64,000 nucleotides of DNA from Abditibacteriaceae bacterium (GCA_031425655.1 JANPJS010000073.1:1-64000); one strand, 5' to 3'; positions 46,561-58,006 are shown, counted from the first letter of the stretch. Program-made: numbers and translations. The notes: a model not told the origin generated them from the letters alone.

Positions 46561-47865
46561 ATGAGCAATAATCTCAACTCGACATCGCAATTTCGGCCCC
46601 GACTCGATGCGCTGTATCGCATGGGTGTCATTGCCTGCGGCATTGGTGTGCTGCTGATTGCGGGCAGCTTTTTGGGCGGCGCAAGCCGGGCCGGCGACTT
46701 CTGGGCGAAGTTTTACCAATCGTATTTAGTCGCTTTCATCTTCTGGTTGGGTGTGACGGCGGGGCCGGTGGCGCTCTTGCTGCTGCACAACACGGTCGGC
46801 GGAGGCTGGGGCTTCGTGCTCAAACGCCAACTCACCGCCGCGACGGGTAACCTTCCGCTCATGGCATTTTTCGCCATATTTTTGATTCCCGGCTTTCAAT
46901 TTCTGTATCCGTGGGCCAAGCCGGAAATGATTGAACACAGCGCCGGGCTGCAATTACAGCAAAAATGGATGGTTGTGCCCTTCGTCGTCGGGCGTTTGGT
47001 GTTCTATTTCGCGTGTTTCATGTTTTTGTCAAGCCGCGTCAATAAGTGGACGTGGAGCATGACCGCCGACAACGCCGAAGCGAATACGCGCAAGTTAAAC
47101 GGCATCGGGCCTCCGGGCATCATTCTTTACGTCATTTGCATTACGTTTTTGGCAATTGACTTAATGATGACGATTACGCCGCTGTGGAATTCTTCGATTA
47201 TCGGCTTGTTATTCGTGGTCGGTCAGGGCTTGTCCACTTTTTCGCTGATGTGCGTTTTGACCGCTTATCTCGGCGCGCATAAGCCGCCGATGGTGAACGT
47301 GCCGCGTCGCTATATTCGTGACATCGGCAACTTCATGTTGGCCTTCACGCTGCTGTGGAGCTATATGTCGTATAGCCAATTTGTCATTACTTTTTCGGGC
47401 AACCAAGCCGAAGAAGCGACGTGGTATCAGCCGCGTCAGATGGGCGGTTGGCAGATTGTCGGTATGCTTTTGGTCGTGGCGCACTTCGCGTTGCCGTTCC
47501 TCACGCTGCTGTCGAGCGCCGTGAAAACCAACATCAGCAGTCTGGCGAAGTTGGGCTTGATTATCATTTTCATGCGCTTCGTGGATTTGTATTATTGGGT
47601 CGTGCCGGGTCTGTTTCAGCCGTTCGAGCAGTCTGTGAATTTCGCGCGCTTGCCTTTGGACTTTGCGATGCCTTTGGCGATGGGCGGTTTGTGGCTGGCG
47701 ATGTGGTCGGTGCAAATGCGCGACAAGCCGATTGTGCCCGAACACGACCCGCGTTTATACGGCGCGTGGCCTTTGGATGAACATCATCATGAGCCGGAGC
47801 CGATTGGCTACGAAGGCGTGCCCGAAGACGCCTTAAGTGAAGCGGAGGTGGCGCATCATGTCTAA
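46561..47865 (+). CDS. actF: Alternative complex III membrane subunit F
   Basis: About 10 TM helices; WSYMSYSQF, N..EEATWY; operon position. Confidence 0.85.
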   Translation: MSNNLNSTSQFRPRLDALYRMGVIACGIGVLLIAGSFLGGASRAGDFWAKFYQSYLVAFIFWLGVTAGPVALLLLHNTVGGGWGFVLKRQLTAATGNLPLMAFFAIFLIPGFQFLYPWAKPEMIEHSAGLQLQQKWMVVPFVVGRLVFYFACFMFLSSRVNKWTWSMTADNAEANTRKLNGIGPPGIILYVICITFLAIDLMMTITPLWNSSIIGLLFVVGQGLSTFSLMCVLTAYLGAHKPPMVNVPRRYIRDIGNFMLAFTLLWSYMSYSQFVITFSGNQAEEATWYQPRQMGGWQIVGMLLVVAHFALPFLTLLSSAVKTNISSLAKLGLIIIFMRFVDLYYWVVPGLFQPFEQSVNFARLPLDFAMPLAMGGLWLAMWSVQMRDKPIVPEHDPRLYGAWPLDEHHHEPEPIGYEGVPEDALSEAEVAHHV

Positions 47866-48442
47866 AAAAGGCGCAAGCGACATCAAACGAGCCGACGCGC
47901 ATCAAGACGAAGAAATGCTCGTCACCCGCACCACGCCGCAGGGCACGCAGGAAGCGGGCGTCGAAAAAGGCCACGAACTGCGCGACATCAAAATCCGCGA
48001 GCTGCTTTATTGGTTCGCCGGGCTTGTGGTTTACATCGTGGCGTCCATCGGTGGAATGTGGCTTTTGGTGCTGTGGATGACTTCGACGGATAAAATCGAA
48101 AAAACGCGGCTTTCGACGCCGCTTTATGGCACCGATGTGCCTCAGCGCACGCCGGAACTGTTGCCAAACCCGCAGCAGTTGACCAACGGCAAAGGCTACA
48201 CGCTGCCGTGGGATCATTATCGTGAATTCGTCAAAGACGAGAGCCGCGAAATGGAAAAAGCCGGCTTGGCAGACAAGTATGGCCGTCTGGCGCTGCCAAC
48301 TTCGGTCGTGGCGGAAGTGCAACGCGAGCCGTCAAGCAAAGGCATTGCGCTTGATGAAACGAGTGATGAAACCCGATATGAAACCCGGTTTTCGGAAGCA
48401 AGCGGTGGGACGAAGCGGGAAATCGCAATTTTGACGAAGTGA
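47858..48442 (+). CDS. Single-TM protein, ActG-like position
   Basis: GHELRDI + TM helix; between actF and sco. Confidence 0.6.
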   Translation: MSKKGASDIKRADAHQDEEMLVTRTTPQGTQEAGVEKGHELRDIKIRELLYWFAGLVVYIVASIGGMWLLVLWMTSTDKIEKTRLSTPLYGTDVPQRTPELLPNPQQLTNGKGYTLPWDHYREFVKDESREMEKAGLADKYGRLALPTSVVAEVQREPSSKGIALDETSDETRYETRFSEASGGTKREIAILTK

Positions 48443-48459
48443 AAGTAAGCTGCCGTAAC

Positions 48460-49344
48460 ATGATGTATTTTTCGATGATTCGCCGCGCCGCACTGTTGTT
48501 TTCGCTGACGTTTTGCCTGACAAGCGGCGCGTGGGCGCACGGCGAGAAAAACCGTGGGTTGACGGCGGACGATAAGGCGCTCAATCAGGTTGGTTTCGAT
48601 CAAAAGCTCGATACCAACCTGCCGATGGGTTTGGAATTCCGCGACGAAAGCGGAAAACGCGTGCAACTCAGGCAGTATTTCGGCGAAAAGCCGGTCATCA
48701 TTATGATGATTTACTATCGCTGCGCGCTGCTTTGTCCGTTGGGCGCCGATATGCTGCTCGATTCGCTCAAGCAGTTGAAGTTCAGTATCGGAAAAGAGTT
48801 CAACGTAGTAACGGTCAGCATTGACCCGAAGGAAACGCCGCAAGACGCCGCCGATAGCAAAGCGGGTTACATCCAGAAATATGGCCGTGCGGGTGCAGAA
48901 AACGGCTGGCATTTTCTGACCGGGCAGCACGAAGCGATTGACGAATTAGCCAACGCCATCGGCTTTCGCTACGCCTATGTGAAGAAAACCGGCGAATATG
49001 CTCATCCCGACGGCATCGTCGTGGTTACGCCGGAAGGAAAAATCGCGCGGTATTTTTATCGTTTGGAGTATCCGCCGCGCGATGTGCAATTCGGTTTGAT
49101 GGAAGCGACGCGCAATCGCATCGGCTCGCCGTTATCGTATTTGGCGCTGAGTTGTTTTCATTACGATCCGCAAACCGGCAAATACAATTTCAGCGTGATG
49201 AAGGCGCTGCGTGTATTCAGCCTGTTCTTTGTAGTGGCAGTGATGGGAACAGTCGGGATTGCGGTTTGGCGTGAAAAGCGTGGGCGCAGCCGTGGAAATC
49301 AAGCTGTAATCGGTGTGCCGCCGGAATCGGCGGCGAAGATTTAG
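48460..49344 (+). CDS. SCO family copper chaperone
   Basis: VGFDQKL, CALLC (CxxxC), YAHP, CFHYDP. Confidence 0.9.
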   Translation: MMYFSMIRRAALLFSLTFCLTSGAWAHGEKNRGLTADDKALNQVGFDQKLDTNLPMGLEFRDESGKRVQLRQYFGEKPVIIMMIYYRCALLCPLGADMLLDSLKQLKFSIGKEFNVVTVSIDPKETPQDAADSKAGYIQKYGRAGAENGWHFLTGQHEAIDELANAIGFRYAYVKKTGEYAHPDGIVVVTPEGKIARYFYRLEYPPRDVQFGLMEATRNRIGSPLSYLALSCFHYDPQTGKYNFSVMKALRVFSLFFVVAVMGTVGIAVWREKRGRSRGNQAVIGVPPESAAKI

Positions 49345-49506
49345 GAAAGTAGTCTGAAAAGTGGTGGTGACTCCCTTCCCCTTGATACGGCAAAGGGGAA
49401 GGGTTGGGGATGGGGTTCGGCTTTTTCCAGAACCCCATCCCTAACACCTGCCCTGAGGGCACCCGCCTTAAACGGCAAGGGGAGGGGACTTTTCAGACTG
49501 CTTCTA
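49345..49506. mobile_element. TIR shell (agtctgaaaagt/acttttcagact) carrying a CCCTTCCCC REP pair
   Basis: Ends related to 56677-56912; contains micro-module at 49446-49464. Confidence 0.7.
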
Positions 49507-49557
49507 AGAAAGTATTGGGAGAGCGCGTTAGAACTGCGCTAAAGATTTGGAAACGAC

Positions 49558-50763
49558 ATGCAGTCATCAATTTCGCTGATTCCAGAGGCGGCTTCGACAC
49601 AAGCAGGCCCCATTGATTCACTTTTCTGGGTTCTCACGCTGGTGACGGTGTTTTTCACGGCGCTGATTTGCGTTGCGATTGCCTACTTCGTGGTGCGCTA
49701 TCGGCGCGGCGCGAAAGTGGATCGCTCGAATCCGCCGCTCGAACACGCCGTTTTGGAACTGTTCTGGACGGGCATCCCGCTGCTGATTTGCCTGTTCATT
49801 TTCGGCTGGTCAACGGTCATTTATTACAAGAATCGCACGATTCCGACGGACGCGATGGAGATTTACGTGGTCGGCAAGCAGTGGATGTGGAAATTGCAGC
49901 ATCCCGAAGGCCGCTGGGAAATGAACACGCTGACGGTTCCCGTCGGGCGTCCCGTCAAGCTGACCATGACTTCGGAAGATGTCATTCACTCCTTTTTCAT
50001 TCCAGAATTCCGCGTGAAAATGGACGTTTTTCCGGGCCGGTTCACTGAGTTGTGGTTCAACGCCACCAAGCCGGGCAAATATCATTTGTTTTGCGCCGAG
50101 TTTTGCGGCACCTATCACAGCGGCATGGTCGGCAGCGTGGTGGTTTTGGAGCCGGCGGAATACGAAAAATGGCTGCAAACCGGCAATGTGAACAAGAGCA
50201 TGGCCGCCAAAGGCGAGCAGCTTTATCGGGAACATGGTTGCAGCGGCTGTCACGGCGCCAATTCCAGCGTGCGCGCTCCGTATCTCGAAGGCTTGTATAA
50301 CGCCCAGCGCCCGATTCAGATTCCTCAAGCGGGCGTGCCCTTAGACCAGGTTCAATCCAAAGTGATTAAGGCGGACATTCGCTATATTCACGATTCGATT
50401 GTGCTGCCGCAGCAGGAAGTCGCCGCCGGATTCAAGCCGATCATGCCGAGCTTCAAAGGGCGGTTGTCCGAAGAAGAAATCGTGCAGATCATCGAATACA
50501 TAAAAACGCTGCGCACCAGCAACGGCACCAACAACGGCCTGAGCAACGGCGGCATCATTGGCTATCCGAACAGCGGCGCCAACACGCCGGGCACCAGCAA
50601 TCGCACCGGCAACATCGGCGCCGATGGCGTGCGCGCCCGCACCCACATCAATCCGGCGCCGACAACGACGCTTAGCTCACCGAATAAAATGTCGTCATCG
50701 CCGACAACATCGGCGCCGGTCAGGGCGATTCCACCGAAGCCGGCGCCGGTTTCGGTGCGATAA
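49558..50763 (+). CDS. coxB: Cytochrome c oxidase subunit II with fused cytochrome c (caa3)
   Basis: DVIHSF, CAEFCGTYHSGM CuA ligands; CSGCH. Confidence 0.93.
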   Translation: MQSSISLIPEAASTQAGPIDSLFWVLTLVTVFFTALICVAIAYFVVRYRRGAKVDRSNPPLEHAVLELFWTGIPLLICLFIFGWSTVIYYKNRTIPTDAMEIYVVGKQWMWKLQHPEGRWEMNTLTVPVGRPVKLTMTSEDVIHSFFIPEFRVKMDVFPGRFTELWFNATKPGKYHLFCAEFCGTYHSGMVGSVVVLEPAEYEKWLQTGNVNKSMAAKGEQLYREHGCSGCHGANSSVRAPYLEGLYNAQRPIQIPQAGVPLDQVQSKVIKADIRYIHDSIVLPQQEVAAGFKPIMPSFKGRLSEEEIVQIIEYIKTLRTSNGTNNGLSNGGIIGYPNSGANTPGTSNRTGNIGADGVRARTHINPAPTTTLSSPNKMSSSPTTSAPVRAIPPKPAPVSVR

Positions 50764-50817
50764 AACAATTTGAACGTCGCCAGCGCGGCGACAGTTTTTG
50801 AGAGTAGAAGGAAAGTT

Positions 50818-52659
50818 ATGGTTAGCACTCCAGCGGAAGGATTCACGCCAACTCCACGCCCGGCGGCGGCGCCCGGCGACGTGTCGGTGCCCGAAGTCGT
50901 GCCGGCGGATTCCGAAGAGCCGAAAAATTATCTCAATGTTTCCTACGGCGTCAAGTCGTGGCTGTTTACGCTCGACCATAAACGCATCGCGATGCTGTAT
51001 TTGCTGACGGTTTCGCTGATGTTCGTGGTCGGCGGCGTTGCGGCGGGCATGGTGCGTTTGAATTTGTTGCAGCCCAACGGCTTTCTTATCAGCGCCGCAA
51101 CCTACAACAAGGCGTTTTCTGCGCACGGCATCGTGATGGTGTTTTTCTTCATCATCCCGGCGATTCCGGCGATTTTGGGCAACTTTTTCATCCCGATGAT
51201 GCTCGGCGCCAAAGATTTGGCGTTTCCGAAAATCAACCTGCTGAGTTGGTATCTCTATATCATCGGCGCCGTGATGGTGCTGGGCGCTCTGGCGTGCGGC
51301 GGTGTGCAAACTGGCTGGACTTTTTACGCTCCTCTATCGAGCCAATACACGAACGGGCCTATCGTCGTGGTGGCGCTGGGCGTGTTTATCGCCGGGTTTT
51401 CGTCCATCCTGACCGGGCTTAATTTCATCGTGACCACGCACAAAATGCGGGCGCCGGGCCTGACGTGGTTTCGCCTGCCGCTGTTCGTGTGGGGAATGTA
51501 TGCGACCAGCCTGCTGCAAATTCTTGGCACGCCGGTTGTTGCCATCACGATTCTCTTGTTGGCCGTTGAAATCATCTTCAATGCCGGCGTGTTCGACGCC
51601 TCAACCGGCGGCGACCCCGTCCTGTTTCAGCACTTGTTCTGGTTTTATTCGCATCCGGCGGTCTACATTATGATCTTGCCGGGCATGGCGGTCATTTCCG
51701 AAGTTGTGACGTGCTTTTCGCGCAAGCCGATTTTTGGATACCGCTTCATCGCCTTTTCCAGCATGGCGATTGCGATTCTCAGCTTTCTGGTCTGGGGACA
51801 TCATATGTTCACCACCGACCAGTCGCCGCTGTCGAGCATTGTGTTTTCGGTAATTTCGTTTCTCGTGGCGATTCCCTCGGCCATCAAAGTCTTCAACTGG
51901 ACGGCGACGCTTTACAAAGGCTCGATTCGCCTGACCACGCCGATGCTTTATTCGCTGGGCTTTATCGGCCTGTTCACCATCGGCGGCCTGACCGGGCTGT
52001 ATTTGTCGGCCATCGCGGTTGATATTCACTTGCAGGACACCTATTTCGTGGTCGCGCACTTCCATTACGTCATGGTCGGCTCGACGGTCATGGCTTACAT
52101 GGCCGGTTTGCATTACTGGTGGCCGAAAATGGTAGGGCGGATGTATCCCGAAGGCTGGGGACAAACCGCAGCGGTTCTGCTTTTTATCGGTTTCACGCTG
52201 ACTTTCATGCCGCAGTTCATCGCCGGCTATGCCGGAATGCCGCGCCGTTACCACGTTTATGACCCGCAGTATCATGTGATGAACGTGCTTTCCACGGCAG
52301 GCGCGACGATCATGGCGCTGGCCTATCTGCTACCCTTCTTTTACCTGACGTGGTCGCTGAAATATGGCCCCAAAGCCGGGCCGAATCCGTGGCGCGCGAC
52401 CGGTCTCGAATGGCAAACGCCGTCGCCGCCGCCGACCTTGAACTTCGAGCGCACGCCGGTCGTGACCATCGGCCCGTATGCCTATTCGGCGGAAAACGAC
52501 GAAATTGAAGACGCGCGCTACGACATGGAACGCGCTCAGGCCGATTACGCCGCCGCGCAAGCCAAAGTCGCCGGCGACCGTGAACACCGCGCGATGGAAG
52601 AAGGCGGCGCGAGTGCGGTCAGCCAGACAATCATTGAGGAGGCCAAGCGTGACCTCTAA
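50818..52659 (+). CDS. ctaD: Cytochrome c oxidase subunit I, type A2
   Basis: YSHPAVY, WGHHM, VAHFHY, GMPRR. Confidence 0.95.
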   Translation: MVSTPAEGFTPTPRPAAAPGDVSVPEVVPADSEEPKNYLNVSYGVKSWLFTLDHKRIAMLYLLTVSLMFVVGGVAAGMVRLNLLQPNGFLISAATYNKAFSAHGIVMVFFFIIPAIPAILGNFFIPMMLGAKDLAFPKINLLSWYLYIIGAVMVLGALACGGVQTGWTFYAPLSSQYTNGPIVVVALGVFIAGFSSILTGLNFIVTTHKMRAPGLTWFRLPLFVWGMYATSLLQILGTPVVAITILLLAVEIIFNAGVFDASTGGDPVLFQHLFWFYSHPAVYIMILPGMAVISEVVTCFSRKPIFGYRFIAFSSMAIAILSFLVWGHHMFTTDQSPLSSIVFSVISFLVAIPSAIKVFNWTATLYKGSIRLTTPMLYSLGFIGLFTIGGLTGLYLSAIAVDIHLQDTYFVVAHFHYVMVGSTVMAYMAGLHYWWPKMVGRMYPEGWGQTAAVLLFIGFTLTFMPQFIAGYAGMPRRYHVYDPQYHVMNVLSTAGATIMALAYLLPFFYLTWSLKYGPKAGPNPWRATGLEWQTPSPPPTLNFERTPVVTIGPYAYSAENDEIEDARYDMERAQADYAAAQAKVAGDREHRAMEEGGASAVSQTIIEEAKRDL

Positions 52660-53530
52660 GGCACCAGTCAAACACTCGGTGGCGCCGCCGCCCGCTACCA
52701 CCCATTATCAGGGTGAGGCTGAACACGGACACGATCACGATGATTCTCATGTGTTGATGCACCATTTCGATCACATGGAGCAGCAGCGCGAGTCCATCAG
52801 CCTGGGAATGTGGACGTTCCTGTGGACGGAAATCATGATGTTCAGCGGGCTGTTTTTCTGCTATGCGCTGTTCCGCTGGAAGTTTTACGACGCTTATTTG
52901 CTGGGCAGCCAGCAGCTTGACATCACGTTGGGCACGATCAACACCTTCGTGCTGCTCGCTTCGTCCATGACAATGGCTTTGGCCGTCCACGCCGCGCAGG
53001 TGAAAAATCGCAAGGCGCTGATGGGATATATGGTCGGCACCCTGATTTTCGGCGGCGCGTTTTTGGGCGTCAAGGCCGTAGAATGGACGGCGGATTATCA
53101 CGAGGGCATGGTGCCGACGTTCGAGTTCATGGGGCCGCGCGGCAACTGGAACCCGGCGCTGTGGCGCACAACGCACCACGCGCGCACAGACCGCAAGCCG
53201 GAAGAGGCGACAAGACTGGCGCAGATTAAGCCCGACTCGACGGTAACTTACGATTTCAAACACAAAAAAGAAGTCAGCGTGCAGCAGGTCAAGATGTATT
53301 TCATGCTCTATTTTTGCATGACCGGCCTGCACGCGATTCACATGATTGCAGGTGTCGCCATTTTGTTGGTGATGCTGCTGATGGCGGCGGGCGGGTGGTT
53401 CACCAACGGCAACGATCAGCCGGTGGAATTGTTCGGACTTTACTGGCACTTTGTGGACATCGTGTGGGTGTTCCTCTTTCCGCTGCTGTATTTAATCGCC
53501 GGTTTCAGTATGTTTGGAGGCGCGCACTAA
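52649..53530 (+). CDS. Cytochrome c oxidase subunit III
   Basis: [31 protein letters not shown] with RBS gaggag. Confidence 0.9.
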   Translation: MTSKAPVKHSVAPPPATTHYQGEAEHGHDHDDSHVLMHHFDHMEQQRESISLGMWTFLWTEIMMFSGLFFCYALFRWKFYDAYLLGSQQLDITLGTINTFVLLASSMTMALAVHAAQVKNRKALMGYMVGTLIFGGAFLGVKAVEWTADYHEGMVPTFEFMGPRGNWNPALWRTTHHARTDRKPEEATRLAQIKPDSTVTYDFKHKKEVSVQQVKMYFMLYFCMTGLHAIHMIAGVAILLVMLLMAAGGWFTNGNDQPVELFGLYWHFVDIVWVFLFPLLYLIAGFSMFGGAH

Positions 53531-53910
53531 TGACCGAAGTCGCAAGACACGAAACGACTCCCGGCAGTCTGGCGGGCGACCGCATCGAAGACACTCACGA
53601 AACGGGCCATCATATTGTCCCGATTTCGGTTTACGTCAAGGTAATTACCGCGTTGATGGTGTTGCTGGTTATCACTTTAGGCGCGGCGGCGGTTGACTTT
53701 GGGAAGATGGGCCTGCCTTGGCTGAACATCGTCATCGCCATGACCATCGCCATCGTGAAAGCCGTGCTGATCATTTTGTATTTCATGCACGTTCGCTACA
53801 GCAGCAAATTGATCTGGGTGTTTTCGGGCGCGGCGTTTTTCTGGGTCATGCTTTTGTTCGTCATGACGCTGGTAGATTATTTTTCGCGCGCCCCAAGTCT
53901 GGCGTATTAA
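53530..53910 (+). CDS. Cytochrome c oxidase subunit IV (caa3-type)
   Basis: IAIVKAVLIILYFMHVR. Confidence 0.88.
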   Translation: MTEVARHETTPGSLAGDRIEDTHETGHHIVPISVYVKVITALMVLLVITLGAAAVDFGKMGLPWLNIVIAMTIAIVKAVLIILYFMHVRYSSKLIWVFSGAAFFWVMLLFVMTLVDYFSRAPSLAY

Positions 53911-53918
53911 CGAAAGCG

Positions 53919-53967
53919 AAGCGCCGCTGAGGACTACAAATTTGTCGTCCTCAGCGGCGCTTTTTTG
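53919..53967 (+). terminator. Intrinsic terminator of the respiratory operon
   Basis: aagcgccgctgaggac...gtcctcagcggcgc-tttttt. Confidence 0.85.
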
Positions 53968-54002
53968 TATTGCGGGCGCGCCAGCGGCGCGCCTTTTTTA
54001 TT

Positions 54003-55835
54003 ATGAGTTGGCAAGGCTGGTTTACTCTCGGATTGGTCGCTTTAGTGTTCGTGGCGATGGCCAAAGACATTGCCGCGCCCGATGTGCTGCTCATGGGCGC
54101 CACGATTATGTTGGCCATCGTGGGCATTATCACGCCCAAAGAAGCTTTTGCCGGGTTTTCCAACGAAGCGATGCTGTTGGTCGGCGCGCTTTTCGTGGTC
54201 GTGGCGGCGTTGCGTGAAACCGGCGCGATGGACGCCATCGGCGCGCGAATGCTGGGAAAAGCCAGGACTCCGCAGGGCGCGATGCTGCGCATGGCGGCTT
54301 GGATCAATACGGCGTTGGTATTTCTCAACAACACCAGCATCGTTGCCATGCTGCTGCCGGTGGTCACCGATTGGTGCCGCAAAAACCGCGTTTCGCCCTC
54401 GAAATTATTGATTCCGCTGTCGTTTCTGACGGTTTTGCGCGGCATGACGACTTTGCTCGGCACCAGCACCAATTTGGTCGTCAGCGGTTTTATGAAGGAC
54501 AGCGAGCAAAGGGCCACCGTAGACGGCGCGGCTCCGGCGATGCTGCACGCGCTGCGTCCGGTAGGACTGTTTGAAATCACGCCGTTGGGCATCGCGTGTT
54601 GCGTGGCGGGCACGATTTACATGGTCATCGCCGCGCCTCGCCTTTTGCCCGACCGCAAAGGCGTCATGGAGCAGATGGGCGAAAGCGTCCGCGAATATCT
54701 GCTGGACAGAGTCGTGACGCCGTCCTGCCGTCTTATCGGGCAAACCGTCACCGACGCCGGATTACGCCAATTGCCCGGTTTGTATCTCATCGAAATCGCA
54801 CGCCGCGACAAAGTGATTGCGCCGGTCAACCCAGACGAGCTAATCCGCGAAGGCGACCGCCTCACGTTCACCGGCATCGTGGATTCGATTGTAGATTTGG
54901 AGCGCATTCCCGGCTTGGCGGCCACTGACGAATCTTACGAAGCCGATCCGGCGCGCCGCCGTGGACGCCGCCTGACCGAAGCGGCGATTTCTCCGCGTTC
55001 GCCGTTAGTGGGGCAAACCATTCGCGCCGCCGATTTTCGCGCGCTTTACAACGCCGCTGTGGTGGCTGTGCATCGCGGCGGCACACGATTGCGCGGGCGC
55101 GTCGGCGACATTGTGCTGCGCGCCGGAGACACGCTGCTTTTGCAAACCGGGCCGCACTTCGCGCGGGCGCATCGCAACAATCTCGATTTCATTTTGGTGT
55201 CCACCCTCGAAGAATCGGAGCCGGTGCGTCACGACCGTTCTCTTTTGGCGCTGGGCCTGCTCGGCCTGCTGATAATTTTGTTGGTTTCCGGCGAGAATCT
55301 CTTAAATCCGACGATTGCGGCCTTTTTTATCGCCGGCTTGATGGTCGCTACGCGCTGCATTTCCACGTCAAGGGCGCGCGAAAGCGTGGACTGGCAAACC
55401 CTGATTTCCATTGCCGCTTCGTTTGGAATCGGCACCGCATTGGACAAATCGGGCGCCGCGAAAGTCATCGCTAACCTCGTCGTCAACGCGACCGGACAGT
55501 GGGGGCCAATCGCGGTTTTAGCGGCCATTTACTTCCTTACAGTTCTCTTCACCGAACTGATTACCAACAATGCAGCGGCGGCCTTGATGTTTCCCTTCGG
55601 CTTAGCCGTTGCGAGCCAAATGGACCTCAGCCCTCGCCCGTTTTCCATCGCCATCATGTTCGCGGCCTCGCTGGCCTTCGCCACGCCGATTGGCTACCAA
55701 ACCAACCTCATGGTTTACGCGCCCGGCGGCTACAAATTCTCCGATTTCACGCGCATCGGCCTGCCTTTAAACATCCTGCTCTGGATCATTTGCACGGCGC
55801 TGATTCCGATTTTGTGGCCGTTCGCGCTCAAGTAA
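54003..55835 (+). CDS. SLC13-family permease with TrkA-C domains
   Basis: GFSN, FLNNT, GTSTN, TELITNNAAA, TPIGYQTN. Confidence 0.9.
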   Translation: MSWQGWFTLGLVALVFVAMAKDIAAPDVLLMGATIMLAIVGIITPKEAFAGFSNEAMLLVGALFVVVAALRETGAMDAIGARMLGKARTPQGAMLRMAAWINTALVFLNNTSIVAMLLPVVTDWCRKNRVSPSKLLIPLSFLTVLRGMTTLLGTSTNLVVSGFMKDSEQRATVDGAAPAMLHALRPVGLFEITPLGIACCVAGTIYMVIAAPRLLPDRKGVMEQMGESVREYLLDRVVTPSCRLIGQTVTDAGLRQLPGLYLIEIARRDKVIAPVNPDELIREGDRLTFTGIVDSIVDLERIPGLAATDESYEADPARRRGRRLTEAAISPRSPLVGQTIRAADFRALYNAAVVAVHRGGTRLRGRVGDIVLRAGDTLLLQTGPHFARAHRNNLDFILVSTLEESEPVRHDRSLLALGLLGLLIILLVSGENLLNPTIAAFFIAGLMVATRCISTSRARESVDWQTLISIAASFGIGTALDKSGAAKVIANLVVNATGQWGPIAVLAAIYFLTVLFTELITNNAAAALMFPFGLAVASQMDLSPRPFSIAIMFAASLAFATPIGYQTNLMVYAPGGYKFSDFTRIGLPLNILLWIICTALIPILWPFALK

Positions 55836-56649
55836 TCGCGCGCCATTTGTGGCGCGGCGCCCAGTGCAGCACCGATTTGGCGCGCCGCGTATCAATTAAA
55901 GCTTTGAAAGGACGCGCTTCGTATTCCGACCCGCCACGCCACGCAACATCGGGATGAATCAAGGCGGCTAAAGCGTGACTACTCTGCGCAGCCGATGAAA
56001 TATCGTCGGCGCAAAGCAGCAAACGAACGTGGCCAGATTCGGGACAGGTCAGAGCGCACAGCGCGGCGTGGGCCGCATCGCGCACATCCAAAAACGCGCC
56101 ATATTCCCAGTAAGGCGTCCACTCGAAATTGGCGTCGGCGCGACGATTCTCGATGATGAATTCGTAAGTCGAAGCCGCGAAAACGCCGGGCGGACGCAGG
56201 CAAATTGTGAAAATGCCGGTTTTTTGCGTCCAAAGGCGGCACATTTCTTCGCCCAGATATTTGGAAATTGCATACGGCGAAGTGGGATAACACCGATGCT
56301 CGTCGTCGAGCGGCAGATAATCGGGCGCTCGCTCGCCTTTGAAAACGCCCAGTGCCGCCGCGCTGCTCCAAAACACCACGCGCCGCACCTGCGCGGTTTC
56401 AGCCGCAGCCAATACGTTCCAGGTGCCGGCCAAATTCACGGCCATCAAATCGGGCGAATCTTCGTCTAAAATCGCCGCGCCATGCACAACCGCATCGCAG
56501 CCCTGCATCGCCGCGAGCAGCTTCGACGCGTCACGAATATCATCGCCGTTTACCGCGTCGAAGCCGACGACTTCGTGTTCTTCGCTGCGTAAAAGCTGTT
56601 CCACTTCGCGCCCAATCAAGCCCGCGCTGCCGGTGACGAGAATTTTCAT
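55828..56649 (-). CDS. NAD-dependent epimerase/dehydratase
   Basis: TGSAGLIG, YAISK. Confidence 0.88.
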   Translation of the reverse strand: MKILVTGSAGLIGREVEQLLRSEEHEVVGFDAVNGDDIRDASKLLAAMQGCDAVVHGAAILDEDSPDLMAVNLAGTWNVLAAAETAQVRRVVFWSSAAALGVFKGERAPDYLPLDDEHRCYPTSPYAISKYLGEEMCRLWTQKTGIFTICLRPPGVFAASTYEFIIENRRADANFEWTPYWEYGAFLDVRDAAHAALCALTCPESGHVRLLLCADDISSAAQSSHALAALIHPDVAWRGGSEYEARPFKALIDTRRAKSVLHWAPRHKWRAIT

Positions 56650-56676
56650 TCAAAGCCTTCAAAATTGGACACAATA

Positions 56677-56912
56677 TAAGAAGCTGTCTGAGAATAGCCA
56701 TTGATCCTGAGTTGAGCCGCTTTTAATAGGACACGGAGCTTCGCTTCGCGGAAACGGCCACGGGTTTACACGGATTTTTGACATCTTTCTGTAAAACCGC
56801 GAAAATCCGCGCATGAAATCGGGGCACCCGCTTGCGGGTCGGAAAGCGAAGCTCCGCGTCCCCTTAAAAGTCTTTGGTATTAGCCTGTAACGAATTCTCA
56901 GACAGTTTCTTA
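56677..56912. mobile_element. TIR shell carrying a family B REP pair
   Basis: taagaagctgtctgagaat / attctcagacagtttctta (18/19 IR, TA at both ends); inner ggacacggagcttcgct...agcgaagctccgcgtcc. Confidence 0.75.
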
Positions 56913-56916
56913 GAAA

Positions 56917-57840
56917 TCAGGCGATGCCCAGATCAGATTCGAGTTGGCGCCATAATTCATCGGGCAGCGTTGTCGTGGCGGCGTGCACGTTTTGCTCGAC
57001 TTCAAGGGCACGTCCGGCGCCGACTAAAACGGTGCTTAGTCGCGGTTCGCGCAGCACATATTGAATGGCTAAATGCAAAATGCTCACGCCATGCGCCTCG
57101 GCCCACGCGCGGATTTCGCGGGCGCGTTGCAATTCGGGCGAAGCGCCATCGCTTTGGTGTTCGCGCAGCAATTCATCCCAATTCCGATCAGTGAGATAGC
57201 CCATCAAAACCGGCGAGCCAAGAATTAAAGCGGTATCGGTCGCGGCGGCTTCGCTAAACAAATCGCGCCGTGCCGATTGCCGCACCAGATTGAAATCGGC
57301 ATAAGTCAGAATGGTGTCGAACTCTGGCCTTTCGATGGCGCAGAGCAGAAAATCGTGGTTGCGCACGCCCAGTCCGATGCCGCCGATAACGCCTTGCGTT
57401 TTCAGGCTTTCGAGCGCGCCCAACGCTCCCTCGTGCGAAAAAGCCAGAGCGAAATCGGCTTCGGCAATGTCGTGAATCTGCACCAAATCGAGATAATCGG
57501 TGGCCAATACGCGCAGCGACTTTTCGACGCTGCGCAGCGTGGCTTCGTAAGAATAATCGCGCGGTGAGGTGCCGGTTCCGGTCTTGGTGGCCAGGAAATA
57601 GGAGGCGCGCGGCACGCCTCGCAACGCGCGCCCCAATCGCGCTTCGCTTTCGCCGTAGAGTGGCGAGGTATCGAAGTAATTGATGCCAAGTTGCAGAGCG
57701 CGCTGCACGGTTTCAATCGCGCCGGCTTCCGAGTTTTCGCGGCCATACAGGCAAGAAGCGAGTTCGGCGCAACCCAAGCCTAATTGGCTGACTTGCCGGT
57801 TCAAGCGCCCCAAACGGCGCTGTGGAAGGAGTGTCGTCAT
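56917..57840 (-). CDS. Aldo/keto reductase
   Basis: LGLG, FDTSPLYG, LATK, DYLDLVQIHD. Confidence 0.92.
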   Translation of the reverse strand: MTTLLPQRRLGRLNRQVSQLGLGCAELASCLYGRENSEAGAIETVQRALQLGINYFDTSPLYGESEARLGRALRGVPRASYFLATKTGTGTSPRDYSYEATLRSVEKSLRVLATDYLDLVQIHDIAEADFALAFSHEGALGALESLKTQGVIGGIGLGVRNHDFLLCAIERPEFDTILTYADFNLVRQSARRDLFSEAAATDTALILGSPVLMGYLTDRNWDELLREHQSDGASPELQRAREIRAWAEAHGVSILHLAIQYVLREPRLSTVLVGAGRALEVEQNVHAATTTLPDELWRQLESDLGIA

Positions 57841-57896
57841 TTGCTTTCCAAGAATCAGTTTAAAAAGTCCGATTAAGACTATTTAAAGAAGAGTTT

Positions 57897-57973
57897 GGTC
57901 ATCCTGAGCTTGCGAAGGATCTCGGCGTTTTGGCTTCCGTTACGCTGAGATCCTTCGCAAGCTCAGGATGACC
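57897..57973. repeat. GTCA-type REP doublet
   Basis: Perfect 27-bp IR ggtcatcctgagcttgcgaaggatctc / gagatccttcgcaagctcaggatgacc. Confidence 0.9.
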
Positions 57974-58006
57974 GCTGCTTAACTTTTGAGGTTTTGCCAC
58001 TACTTT

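Noticed and set aside
52478..52648. N-terminal extension of oxidase subunit III in the ORF track
   Set aside because: Overlaps subunit I; GTG at 52649 has a clear RBS
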